Of a stretch of 64,000 bases of DNA, positions 48,306-56,872 are shown piece after piece (the first letter of the stretch is position 1; every line of letters begins with the position of its first letter). The DNA comes from a virus (Duplodnaviria > Caudoviricetes), in IMG/VR virus record IMGVR_UViG_3300020399_000132, positions 32,001 through 96,000 of that record; one strand, given 5' to 3'. Below the pieces are notes generated by a model that ran no database searches, was not told the origin of the DNA, and saw only the letters and a program-made list of their open reading frames with translations. The position numbers and the translations under genes are program-made.

Positions 48306-48992
48306 TCAAGATACCTGTTCGGTTGCTATCCAATATTCAAGATTCCGTTCTGAATTTTTAAAATATCCAAGACCTTTATTTGATATTTTCACATCATAAG
48401 AACCTCTCATGAGTTTAAGATTTTCTATCTTAAAAATCATTTTAAAATTAGAAGTTGAATTCCCTAATTCAACTGCATAACTATCGATAGATGTTTTAGC
48501 ATCAATTGCTTGTATTTTAAGTTTTCCATCATTTGCTACAACTGCAATTTCTGGAAGACTCATTACTGCAGCTGCTCTCATTATAGACATAAAATATTTT
48601 TCTTCTAATTTAAAAACAGCTTCTTCAGATGGTAAATTTATATCCTTTGCTAGGATCTTTCTCTCATTTTCAAATAAACTCATATTTGCAAATTGATATT
48701 CAGCTACGGAATCCCCTGCGACGAAATTATTAGCATCAACACTTGATTGTATTTTTATAGATTTTTCACTGAAATCAAATTGAGGCTCTGCAAATAATGA
48801 AAGAACTCCTAAAAATTTATTCAAATCATATATAGCAAAATCCTGAGGAAAGCTTTGACCAAGCTTAGCCTTTGCTAAAACGTTTGTTTGTTCACTTACT
48901 GTTTTAATTACATCGCCGGCCTCTATAACCAAACTTTGATTAATTTCTGCAAAGTTCTTTAATGTTTCAACAGTCTCATTATTAATTATCAT
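48306..48992 (-). CDS. gp45: Sliding clamp (T4 gp45)
   Basis: LKNFAEINQS, FAIYDLNKFL, YWIATE. Confidence 0.93.
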   Translation of the reverse strand: MIINNETVETLKNFAEINQSLVIEAGDVIKTVSEQTNVLAKAKLGQSFPQDFAIYDLNKFLGVLSLFAEPQFDFSEKSIKIQSSVDANNFVAGDSVAEYQFANMSLFENERKILAKDINLPSEEAVFKLEEKYFMSIMRAAAVMSLPEIAVVANDGKLKIQAIDAKTSIDSYAVELGNSTSNFKMIFKIENLKLMRGSYDVKISNKGLGYFKNSERNLEYWIATEQVS

Positions 48993-49000
48993 TATATTTC

Positions 49001-49999
49001 CTATAGGTGATTAGGGCTCTCAGCATGAGAGGATTTGTCCTTCTTTTTGGTATCCTTCCGCTTTTCCTTAGCAAGAGCTCTTCTGTCTTTTCTACTCATT
49101 CCTTTCGATGCTAACTTCGTTTTTCGATCTTCAAGAAAAGGTCGAGATTCAGTATCATATCCATGGGCCGCGTATTCTAAGGCTCCCATATCAGGAAGAT
49201 TACCATTAAACACATATGTTCCAATATGTTGTAATTTCATCCATGGACATAGAAAAGTTTTAATATCTATCTTCTGACACAGTTGACAAAACATATAATC
49301 TTCAGAAAGATAACGATCAGACCCTTCAGATTTTCCTTTGCCCATCCATTGATCATTGTCAATAATGGTATCAAAAAATGCATGAATATATCTGGAACCA
49401 TCGAAATGGTCTGATCGATTATGATCGGGTTTATATCGAAATTTAGGATAAGCTTTTTCAAACTTTGTGAATACTTCTCTCTGTATCATCATAAACCCTG
49501 TTCCAATTTCTAACGCTTCAACTGGCTCAGATAAAGATATTGTTTGAGTTCCGCCAGTTGGATTGAAAACAAAATCTCCTGTAAACTTCTCAAGAAGCAT
49601 AGGATTATCATCAGCTAAACCTTTATCAACAGCATTACGAACTTTTTCCCAAGCAATACACTTCTTGGGATATATTCCTCCAACAATTGGTTTTGTATCA
49701 TCACATAGAGCAGCTAATGTTAAAACATAATTTGGATCGAAACAAATATCGCTATCAATGAACATGAGATGAGTATAATCTGATCTCAAAAATTCATCAA
49801 CACAATAATTTCGAGCTCTGGTGATTAATGATTCGTTAAAAAGATAAAAGAACTTTAAGTCTATTTGATATTTGGTAGCGGTGGTTGCTAAGTCACAACA
49901 CGCCTTTGTATACATTCCACTACACATGCCCGCATACATTGGAGTTGCAACAAATATTTTTTTCTTTCGTAATTCTGCTATAGGCACTTCAATTTGCAT
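49001..49999 (-). CDS. GT-A fold glycosyltransferase-like protein
   Basis: ATPMYAG, ESLITRARN, FIDSD (DxD), GTGFMMI, LSEDYMFC. Confidence 0.7.
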   Translation of the reverse strand: MQIEVPIAELRKKKIFVATPMYAGMCSGMYTKACCDLATTATKYQIDLKFFYLFNESLITRARNYCVDEFLRSDYTHLMFIDSDICFDPNYVLTLAALCDDTKPIVGGIYPKKCIAWEKVRNAVDKGLADDNPMLLEKFTGDFVFNPTGGTQTISLSEPVEALEIGTGFMMIQREVFTKFEKAYPKFRYKPDHNRSDHFDGSRYIHAFFDTIIDNDQWMGKGKSEGSDRYLSEDYMFCQLCQKIDIKTFLCPWMKLQHIGTYVFNGNLPDMGALEYAAHGYDTESRPFLEDRKTKLASKGMSRKDRRALAKEKRKDTKKKDKSSHAESPNHL

Positions 50000-50053
50000 T
50001 ATTTCCTTTTTTTCATATTAACAAAAAACATACATTATCAACTATTTAATATA

Positions 50054-50082
50054 ATTATAGCTGATAATGTAAATAATGTCAA
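50054..50082 (-). promoter_or_regulatory. Sigma70-type promoter for the GT/gp45-gp44-gp62-regA operon
   Basis: Perfect TTGACA-17 nt-TATAAT. Confidence 0.8.
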
Positions 50083-50098
50083 GGATTAAATTATTTTT

Positions 50099-51283
50099 TT
50101 AATATTTCGCTGATTCTTTTTCCACGTATCCGTCTTGCACGTGCATGCTGTTATCTTCTAATTCTTCAGTTGCATTAGGATCTACTTTAGTCCAGAGATC
50201 CATAAATCCCGTTTTGGTATCTTCATCGAAACGATTGATCGAAAATTCGATCGCCTTTTCTTTATTCTGGAATATCATATAAGAAGTAACAATGTTTATC
50301 AAACGACGAGTGGAAATTATTTCATCGATTCCTCCATCAGCAAAGGTCCGACGGATAACATCTGTCCATTGACAAAGATGATTAACAAAATCTGAATCTT
50401 CAACACCATGATTTTTAAGTATTCTAGAAACGATTTTCTTTTCAATAGAGGTGGGGGGATAATCTTGTTCGAATGTAATTGGAAAACGATCAAGAAAAGC
50501 TTCATTAAGAATGTTGGCTCCTATAAATCGTCCATCATCATTACCTTTACCTTTTGTATTAGCAGTTGCGACAATGTTAAATCCGGCTTCAGGCTTTACA
50601 AGACGATTAATCTTTTTCAAGAAAATGCTTCCACCTTCAAGTACTGGTTGGAGACACATAATTTTATTAGATGCAAGATCAATTTCATCAAGAAGAAGCA
50701 GTGCGCCTCTTTCCATCGCAACGATAACTGGTCCATCTTCCCAAATGGTCTCACCATCTTTTAAAATATAGTGACCAAGAAGATCATCTTCATCTGTTTC
50801 GATTGTAATATTGACACGAATTAATTCGCGTTTTGTACTAGCCGCTGCTTCAAAAACTTCCTTGGTTTTGCCCATTCCGGACAAGCCGGTAATAAAAGAA
50901 GGAACGAACATTCCAGATTTAAATATCTGAACTAGTTCTTTGTAATATCCTGCTTTAATATAATTGGGATCTTTTTCTGGAACGAAAGAGATGCTTTCAT
51001 CTACTTTCTTAATTGTGGTGTCATGTTGAACAACACGGACATCTTTAAGTGCTTTCGGTTTGCGATATTTATCTCCCCATTTAGCTACAGGAGCTGTCAT
51101 ATTCTTTCCATAATTTGCAATTGAAAACTGATTCCGACCTACTCGAATTTTTCCTAAAAAATTCTGATTAGGCTCTGGATTACCGCTTTCATCAGCAACT
51201 TCATTTACCTGTGAACGATCTAAAATCGCTTGCACACCGTGCTTAGTTTTCCAGGTTTCAACTAATTGTTCTTTATTCATCAT
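50099..51283 (-). CDS. cobS: CobS/MoxR-like AAA+ ATPase
   Basis: GLSGMGKT, ETDEDDLLG, LLDEID, ATANTKG, NEAFLDRF, ISTRRL. Confidence 0.85.
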   Translation of the reverse strand: MMNKEQLVETWKTKHGVQAILDRSQVNEVADESGNPEPNQNFLGKIRVGRNQFSIANYGKNMTAPVAKWGDKYRKPKALKDVRVVQHDTTIKKVDESISFVPEKDPNYIKAGYYKELVQIFKSGMFVPSFITGLSGMGKTKEVFEAAASTKRELIRVNITIETDEDDLLGHYILKDGETIWEDGPVIVAMERGALLLLDEIDLASNKIMCLQPVLEGGSIFLKKINRLVKPEAGFNIVATANTKGKGNDDGRFIGANILNEAFLDRFPITFEQDYPPTSIEKKIVSRILKNHGVEDSDFVNHLCQWTDVIRRTFADGGIDEIISTRRLINIVTSYMIFQNKEKAIEFSINRFDEDTKTGFMDLWTKVDPNATEELEDNSMHVQDGYVEKESAKY

Positions 51284-51380
51284 ATATTCTCTCTCATTAT
51301 TGTTTGTGTTTATTTACCGCCATCCCACCCAACTCTTCGCTTCAGCAGTTGTCGCTGGTCTTTCTTTATTCTCTATATAT

Positions 51381-51409
51381 ATTATACACTATTTTTGACA
51401 ACATGTCAA
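51381..51409 (-). promoter_or_regulatory. Strong early sigma70-type promoter
   Basis: TTGACA-17 nt-TATAAT, followed by ATATATAGAGAATAAAGAAAG shared with the 54292-54320 promoter. Confidence 0.85.
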
Positions 51410-51479
51410 CCTTTTTGTTTATCAATGATTACAACAAGTTCCTTATAACCTATTGATTTCATTACAAAACAAACTTGCA

Positions 51480-53984
51480 TTAAGCAACCATTTCCGCAAA
51501 TCTTTGAAGCATTATCCTTTTTTCTAATTTTCCTTTTTGAAATTTTTTGAATGCCTTGGTCAAAGAAGCGGTTGAATTAACTTTATTAGTATCAATATTT
51601 ATTTCATCCTCCATCATAACGGAGGCATATTGTTTGATTACATAAAGTTCATCATATCCACGATTTTCTACAATCATGTAACCGTTTCGATTGTAATCCG
51701 TTTTTACATCTTGCCATTCGCTCCATCCAACCATGCGAGTTGCATCATCAGAGGAAGTTGTAAGAAAAAATCCTAAAACATTTGAACCGGTCTTATATTT
51801 AAAATAATTTATAAAATTTTCTGTTTGGCGAAATCCATGACAGGCGGTCCAATCAAAAACTTTTTTTGTTTCTTTATCAACCAACCTGATGTGAGAATTT
51901 CGAGTATCGATTCGTTCTGGAAAAAGTTCATCTCCGCTGTCTTCTCTTGTCACGAAAGTTTTATGAGATGAATTAGATTCTCCGTCTGTAAGAATAATTG
52001 TGTTAACAATATCAAGATTATTTTCTCTTTGAAATCTTTTAACATTTTCTGAACTTATCATGATTGCATCATTCAAAGGAGTTCCGCAAAGACGATGTAG
52101 CGGAAACTTTATATGTCGACCTATTGAATTCCATTCCCAAGATGATTGACATTTATTTTCATAACCCCAAGTATCATAGATTATAGAAGGGATTGTATCT
52201 TTCGGAAGTTTGGTATTTCGACCAGTCCATGCATTTCTATTTCTTATTTTATCTCTTCTTTCTTCTAACCAATACGCACCAACAAAATCTCTATCGCATC
52301 GAAGTATAGATAAAAGAAGATTTTCACGTTGTGACTTAAATTCCTTACTGGTCATTTTATTAGAAAATATTTCAATTAATTGAGTAGATTTATCTCCCAT
52401 TGCCATATCGCCTAATCGTTCTTTATAAGGAGTCCCAAATTTTTCTTTTTCTTTTCCTTCTTCATCAAAACTATAATCAACAAAAGCATATGCCTCATGA
52501 GCGATGTTACATTTTCGACAAAAATCTATTAATTGAAATAATTGATTCAAAGTTGGAAGCATTTTATCACTCATAGATCCTGACCAATCCATTAAAAAAT
52601 AAAGTCCGTGACTCTTACCTTCAGGAACAATCGTAATTTTCTTAAAAATATTATCACAATATTTGTACTTATGAATGTCTGAAAGAGATATGGTACCTGT
52701 GTTTGCGGTCATCGATCTTTTATATTCAGCTGCTTTCTTTTTCATTTCAAATTCTTTAACAAGATAATTAACAACTGGTTTATTTTCTTTGTCGATATAT
52801 TTCAAATATTCGCGTGCATATCCAAATGCTAATGAATATTCTCTTTCCCACTCACTCTCTCCCTTATTTGCCCCTATCAAATAATCCCTGCGTTCATCTA
52901 TTGCTTCCTGAGTTCTTTTTAAAAGTTCTTTATAATTAATAATTAAATTTTCACTTTTCAAATCAATTGTTGGTGAATTATAATATTGCAAATCTAGCGC
53001 ATCTTCATGAACTAGTTCTTCCTCATGTTCACGAAAATTCTGATCAGTTAAGGATTTCGGTTCTTGTTTCCATCTCCATGGATCATCTTCATACCACTTA
53101 TCATATCCTCCTGTTTTTCCGGAACCCAACTGTCCATCTTCTTCCTCTTTTCCTCCATCTTCTTCAGACGCAGATGATTCTTGATTTCCATCACCTTCTT
53201 CTTCTTGATCTCCATCAGTTCCTTCATTATCGCATTTATCTACCGGCTTATCACAATCATCTTTTTCTGTTTCCTCTGCTGCCGATGATTGTTCTTCTGT
53301 TTCATTAAAATCATAATCATAATCATTTTCCTCATCACTATCTTCATCTTCATCTTCATCTTCTTGATAATATTGATCCATAAAAGAATCATCCTGACAA
53401 GTCTGTTGTTCTTGTTCGTTTTCTTCAGCATAATTCCAAAGTTCCTTAGTCAGTTGTTCAACATCTTCCCAAGTCTCAAGTGCGGCCATCTTATCAACAA
53501 ATGGTTTCTCTGCTTCGGTGAATTGAACATTCTCCAAAGGACCACCTTTAAAATGAATATTGAGTTTATCAATTAGTGAGGCAGAATTGATATCTATATT
53601 ATATTGCTTGAGGCCGAAAAAATCTCTATCATGTACTAAGACTTTATATCCCTTGCTCATCGCTTTTCCAGCACCTGCGAACTTTCTTTTGATTAATTTT
53701 TCGATCCTGGCATCTTCTACAACGTTCAAAAAGCCCTTATAATTCGGTCCTTTTTCTTCAATAACCTTGTGCCAGCCATTAGCTGGAGTATTTAAAGCGT
53801 GTCCGACTTCGTGACAAACAAACAAGTCATAAACCTCACCTTCCATCTCTTTGAGAATCGGTAAAATTAATGTTCTGCCTTTCGGATCGAATCCGGCGGT
53901 TGGAACTTTAGCGTGGCGCACAGTAATATTTTCTGACGCCATGAGTTTTGCTAAAATTCCTTTTTGTTCTATTAATTCAGCCAT
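51480..53984 (-). CDS. CobT-like protein: N-terminal HExxH domain, acidic linker and vWA domain
   Basis: HEVGHAL, NVVEDARIE, poly-Asp/Glu linker, MIDAS DWSGSM, GTPL, LTDGES. Confidence 0.8.
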   Translation of the reverse strand: MAELIEQKGILAKLMASENITVRHAKVPTAGFDPKGRTLILPILKEMEGEVYDLFVCHEVGHALNTPANGWHKVIEEKGPNYKGFLNVVEDARIEKLIKRKFAGAGKAMSKGYKVLVHDRDFFGLKQYNIDINSASLIDKLNIHFKGGPLENVQFTEAEKPFVDKMAALETWEDVEQLTKELWNYAEENEQEQQTCQDDSFMDQYYQEDEDEDEDSDEENDYDYDFNETEEQSSAAEETEKDDCDKPVDKCDNEGTDGDQEEEGDGNQESSASEEDGGKEEEDGQLGSGKTGGYDKWYEDDPWRWKQEPKSLTDQNFREHEEELVHEDALDLQYYNSPTIDLKSENLIINYKELLKRTQEAIDERRDYLIGANKGESEWEREYSLAFGYAREYLKYIDKENKPVVNYLVKEFEMKKKAAEYKRSMTANTGTISLSDIHKYKYCDNIFKKITIVPEGKSHGLYFLMDWSGSMSDKMLPTLNQLFQLIDFCRKCNIAHEAYAFVDYSFDEEGKEKEKFGTPYKERLGDMAMGDKSTQLIEIFSNKMTSKEFKSQRENLLLSILRCDRDFVGAYWLEERRDKIRNRNAWTGRNTKLPKDTIPSIIYDTWGYENKCQSSWEWNSIGRHIKFPLHRLCGTPLNDAIMISSENVKRFQRENNLDIVNTIILTDGESNSSHKTFVTREDSGDELFPERIDTRNSHIRLVDKETKKVFDWTACHGFRQTENFINYFKYKTGSNVLGFFLTTSSDDATRMVGWSEWQDVKTDYNRNGYMIVENRGYDELYVIKQYASVMMEDEINIDTNKVNSTASLTKAFKKFQKGKLEKRIMLQRFAEMVA

Positions 53985-53991
53985 GTTCCTC

Positions 53992-54237
53992 TTATACGAT
54001 GTTAAATCTAGGATCTTCAGTTATATGATCTCCCTCTGCAAGGCATGATTTGACCTGATACTTATCTCTAAAGATTTCCATCTTGTTAAAAGCATCGTCA
54101 AAGCTTTCTGCCGTCAGATATAAAGGTGATACATATTCCAAGGTATCCCAAGTACGCATCCATACCTGATACGTCTGATTTTTAGTCATGTGCCTTCTTC
54201 TTTGGTTGCTTTTATATTTTTGATCGTATATCGCCAT
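53992..54237 (-). CDS. Hypothetical early protein
   Basis: First ORF after the early promoter; GAGAGAG SD-like sequence shared with the cobS leader. Confidence 0.55.
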   Translation of the reverse strand: MAIYDQKYKSNQRRRHMTKNQTYQVWMRTWDTLEYVSPLYLTAESFDDAFNKMEIFRDKYQVKSCLAEGDHITEDPRFNIV

Positions 54238-54291
54238 TATTTCTCTCTCATTTGGTTATGGGATTATTCCCTTTCTTTATTCTCTATATAT

Positions 54292-54320
54292 ATTATACCA
54301 TTTATAGCGCAACATGTCAA
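54292..54320 (-). promoter_or_regulatory. Strong early sigma70-type promoter
   Basis: TTGACATGTTG...-17 nt-TATAATATATATAGAGAATAAAGAAAG. Confidence 0.85.
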
Positions 54321-54445
54321 CATATTTGATTTCTTGTAATATCAAGAGGTTACTAGTACCTTATTGAAATTATTGATAATCTTTTATCATCAATGATTGC
54401 GACCGGTTACCTATATCTCATTAAAATCATTGATAATCTTTTTTG

Positions 54446-54452
54446 ATAAATA
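54446..54452 (+). promoter_or_regulatory. T4-type late promoter for the synthetase-tRNA unit
   Basis: GATAAATA, the same variant as at 42082 (minus strand), about 50 nt before the start. Confidence 0.5.
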
Positions 54453-54500
54453 GAAGAATTGGAGAGAATATTTAATGAATTTTTTTGGAAAGGAACAACC

Positions 54501-55334
54501 TTGACTAGCTTAATTATACCTACAGATTTTGACAATGCCGTTACCAGTCTTCGTAAATTTTTTCATTCCCGTGGTTTCCTAGAAGTACACACCCAAAACA
54601 GATTATCCATATTAGCCGCTTGCGAAGATCCCACAACTGTCGCAACATATAATTATAATGACATCATATGGCCTTTGCCTCAAACAGGTCAAATGTGGTT
54701 AGAATACGAGCTATTAAATAATCCAGATTTAAAAGGAGTATTCTGTGTTTCAACATCTTATAGACAAGAACAGAACCCCGTTGAAGGTAGACATGAAGTT
54801 ATATTTCCCATGTTTGAATTTGAAGCACCTGGCGACTTTCAGGACTTGCTTAATATGGAAAGAGATTTAATTAAGCACTTAGGTTTCATAATTCCTGATA
54901 ACAATTCATTTCCTGAAAAAACCTACGGTATGTGGTGCGAGGATTTTGATTGTGATGAATTAGATCATGACCACGAACAAATGATATCTGATTCCCATCC
55001 ATCCGGAGTTGGATTTATAACTCAATTTCCTTATCATACTTCCCCCTTTTGGAATATGAAAAAAGAAGGTGATCTTGCTAACAAATGCGATGTAATTATG
55101 GGGGGCATGGAAACTATTGGTTCCGCTGAAAGGTCTGCTGATCCGAAAGAGATGGAAGACCAGTTTCATACAATTTCCGATGGAGAATATGCTGAATTAT
55201 TATTTAAATTATTCGGTAAAGAACGAGTAGAAAAAGAATTGAAAGAATTCTTAAGTCATAAATTTTTTCCAAGATATGGTGGTGGAATAGGTCTTACCAG
55301 ACTTATAAGTGCCCTGAAGATTAATAATGCGTGA
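54501..55334 (+). CDS. AsnRS-like class II aminoacyl-tRNA synthetase catalytic core lacking the anticodon-binding domain
   Basis: Motif 1 LRKFFHSRGFLEVHT, LPQTGQ, motif 2 SYRQE...GRH...FPMFEFE, ETIGSAER, motif 3 GGGIGLTRL; TTG start at 54501 after AAGGA (the ORF track extends it to 54459). Confidence 0.85.
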   Translation: MTSLIIPTDFDNAVTSLRKFFHSRGFLEVHTQNRLSILAACEDPTTVATYNYNDIIWPLPQTGQMWLEYELLNNPDLKGVFCVSTSYRQEQNPVEGRHEVIFPMFEFEAPGDFQDLLNMERDLIKHLGFIIPDNNSFPEKTYGMWCEDFDCDELDHDHEQMISDSHPSGVGFITQFPYHTSPFWNMKKEGDLANKCDVIMGGMETIGSAERSADPKEMEDQFHTISDGEYAELLFKLFGKERVEKELKEFLSHKFFPRYGGGIGLTRLISALKINNA

Positions 55335-55337
55335 TAC

Positions 55338-55448
55338 TCTGGGGTGGCGAAATAGGGAAACGCGGCACGTTGTTTGCGTGTTATCTTTGGTTTGATCGAT
55401 ATAATCTAGATCAAAGATGTGTTGGTTCGAGTCCAACCCCCAGAGCCA
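55338..55448 (+). tRNA. Atypical tRNA-Asn(GUU), 111 nt, with a 39-nt variable arm and encoded CCA
   Basis: Acceptor TCTGGGG/CCCCAGA, G73, CCA; D arm GCG/CGC; anticodon arm GCACG-TTGTTTG-CGTGT; T arm GTTGG-TTCGAGT-CCAAC. Confidence 0.85.
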
Positions 55449-55473
55449 TTAGTAAAGATATATTTATATCATT

Positions 55474-55968
55474 TTAAAACTTAGATATAAATTTCGCTAT
55501 GGGTTGAATAAGTGGAAGTAAAGCAACCGCCATTAGTGCATTCACTCCTGTATGAATTATTGCAATCTGTTTAGTTATTCCTGTGGGCATCCCATCAGAA
55601 ACCATTATTCCAGCCAACCAAATAGTTCCAGTAGTTCCTATATTTGCACCAAGTACAGCTGCGATTGCAGATGGTAAAGGTAAGGCGCCAGATGCAACTA
55701 ATCCTATAATTGCGGTAGTAGAAAGTGAACTAGATTGCCAGAGAAGAGTACATCCAATTGCTCCGAAAAACATATAATAGGGATTTCCTAAAAACCATTC
55801 AAGATGTTCTAAATGACTCATTGATTTCATTCCTCCCGAAAACATCTTAAGACCAATGTAAAAAATTACCAAACCTAAAAGGGTCTGAAATACTGGGTTA
55901 TTAAATTCCATAAAATTTCCTTTTTTATATTTCCACGAATCGTAGAGTTTTCTATCTTTCTTTTTCAT
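55474..55968 (-). CDS. Na+/Pi cotransporter-family membrane protein (single repeat)
   Basis: GLKMFSGGM, QSSSLST, GANIGTT, IIHTGVN; alternative start MEFNN at 55911. Confidence 0.8.
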   Translation of the reverse strand: MKKKDRKLYDSWKYKKGNFMEFNNPVFQTLLGLVIFYIGLKMFSGGMKSMSHLEHLEWFLGNPYYMFFGAIGCTLLWQSSSLSTTAIIGLVASGALPLPSAIAAVLGANIGTTGTIWLAGIMVSDGMPTGITKQIAIIHTGVNALMAVALLPLIQPIAKFISKF

Positions 55969-55969
55969 T

Positions 55970-56872
55970 TCATCCTAATGCTTCTTTTAATTCATTATTT
56001 TCTAAAATGTAATTAAATAAAACTTCTCGTTGTGCGTCTTCCCCTAAATGCCCTTTATATTTTTTATACTCATGAAACACTAATCTTCCTGCATCTAAAG
56101 AAGACACATTAAGAGTTGTTGTCCAATGTTTTGCTAACCAATCGTATATTGTTTTAGGCCAGTCAACTTTATCTCTAAGATTTTTTCCTGTTAAAAATTC
56201 AGACATAAAAAGAGGAACTTTATCTTTTATCTCTACTACAGACTGAACACTATTACTAGGCCCATGACTATAAGTAGGAACCCACAACATAGAATAAAAA
56301 TGTTTAAATAATTTTTTATATAATTCATTACAATTATAAAAAGTCTCTGCCATTTCATTAAAATATTCATTATCGATGAATATATCTAATAAGACTTGAG
56401 GTAATTCATATGAATTAAGTTCTATAGGGTAGTGTTTTATATGGTTCCTAGCATCCCAATGTCCGCCTACCATAACGCATTTGCGTTCAACTACATAATT
56501 CTTTATGGAAAGAGATTTTATTTTTTGTTGATGTAAAATAAAATTACCTCTTCGCTGAGTATTGTACCAGGAATCAAGTGTCCCATCAGACTTTTTTGAA
56601 ACTCTATCCACTTGTGTTGGATATAATTGTCGCTGCGTTGTAAATTGGAGAAGCACTACATCAAAGTTTTCAATAAGACAAGTTCTTAAAGCTGACTCCA
56701 TATTATTTTGACCTCCTCCCGGAGAAGCAAATAAATGAACATCATGTTGAGGATAAGCTTTGGCCAATTCTCTCGGCCAACCCTTCCAAGCATTAAATCC
56801 TCCAGACTTCCTTAAAAGTCCACTTTCAGAAACACCAGCACTATGACTACAACCAATTATTCCAATTTTCAT
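55970..56872 (-). CDS. SGNH-like hypothetical protein
   Basis: IIGCSHS, ASPGGG and C-terminal GHL motifs. Confidence 0.5.
   Translation of the reverse strand: MKIGIIGCSHSAGVSESGLLRKSGGFNAWKGWPRELAKAYPQHDVHLFASPGGGQNNMESALRTCLIENFDVVLLQFTTQRQLYPTQVDRVSKKSDGTLDSWYNTQRRGNFILHQQKIKSLSIKNYVVERKCVMVGGHWDARNHIKHYPIELNSYELPQVLLDIFIDNEYFNEMAETFYNCNELYKKLFKHFYSMLWVPTYSHGPSNSVQSVVEIKDKVPLFMSEFLTGKNLRDKVDWPKTIYDWLAKHWTTTLNVSSLDAGRLVFHEYKKYKGHLGEDAQREVLFNYILENNELKEALG

Noticed and set aside
53300-53370. tcatct/tcataa short tandem repeats (also 63960-64000)
   Set aside because: They simply encode Asp/Glu-rich linkers within CDSs.
50099-53984. cobS/cobT-like pair as cobalamin biosynthesis genes
   Set aside because: No cobN or other cob genes are in the window. 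A MoxR-type AAA+ with a vWA partner is common in T4-like phages and more likely a chaperone system.
54501-55334. EpmA (EF-P lysyltransferase) assignment
   Set aside because: The motifs (LPQTGQ, SYRQE, ETIGSAER, GGGIGLTR) look AsnRS-like rather than LysRS/EpmA-like, and the adjacent tRNA is Asn.
55382-55420. tRNA insertion as an intron
   Set aside because: It is too short for a group I or II intron, is not in the anticodon loop and shows no clear bulge-helix-bulge. It folds as a self-contained arm at the variable position. Not formally excluded without RNA data.
55461-55468. TATAAATA on the minus strand pointing antisense into the tRNA
   Set aside because: An 8-mer of only A/T is likely by chance in this AT-rich DNA, and no credible minus-strand gene follows it.
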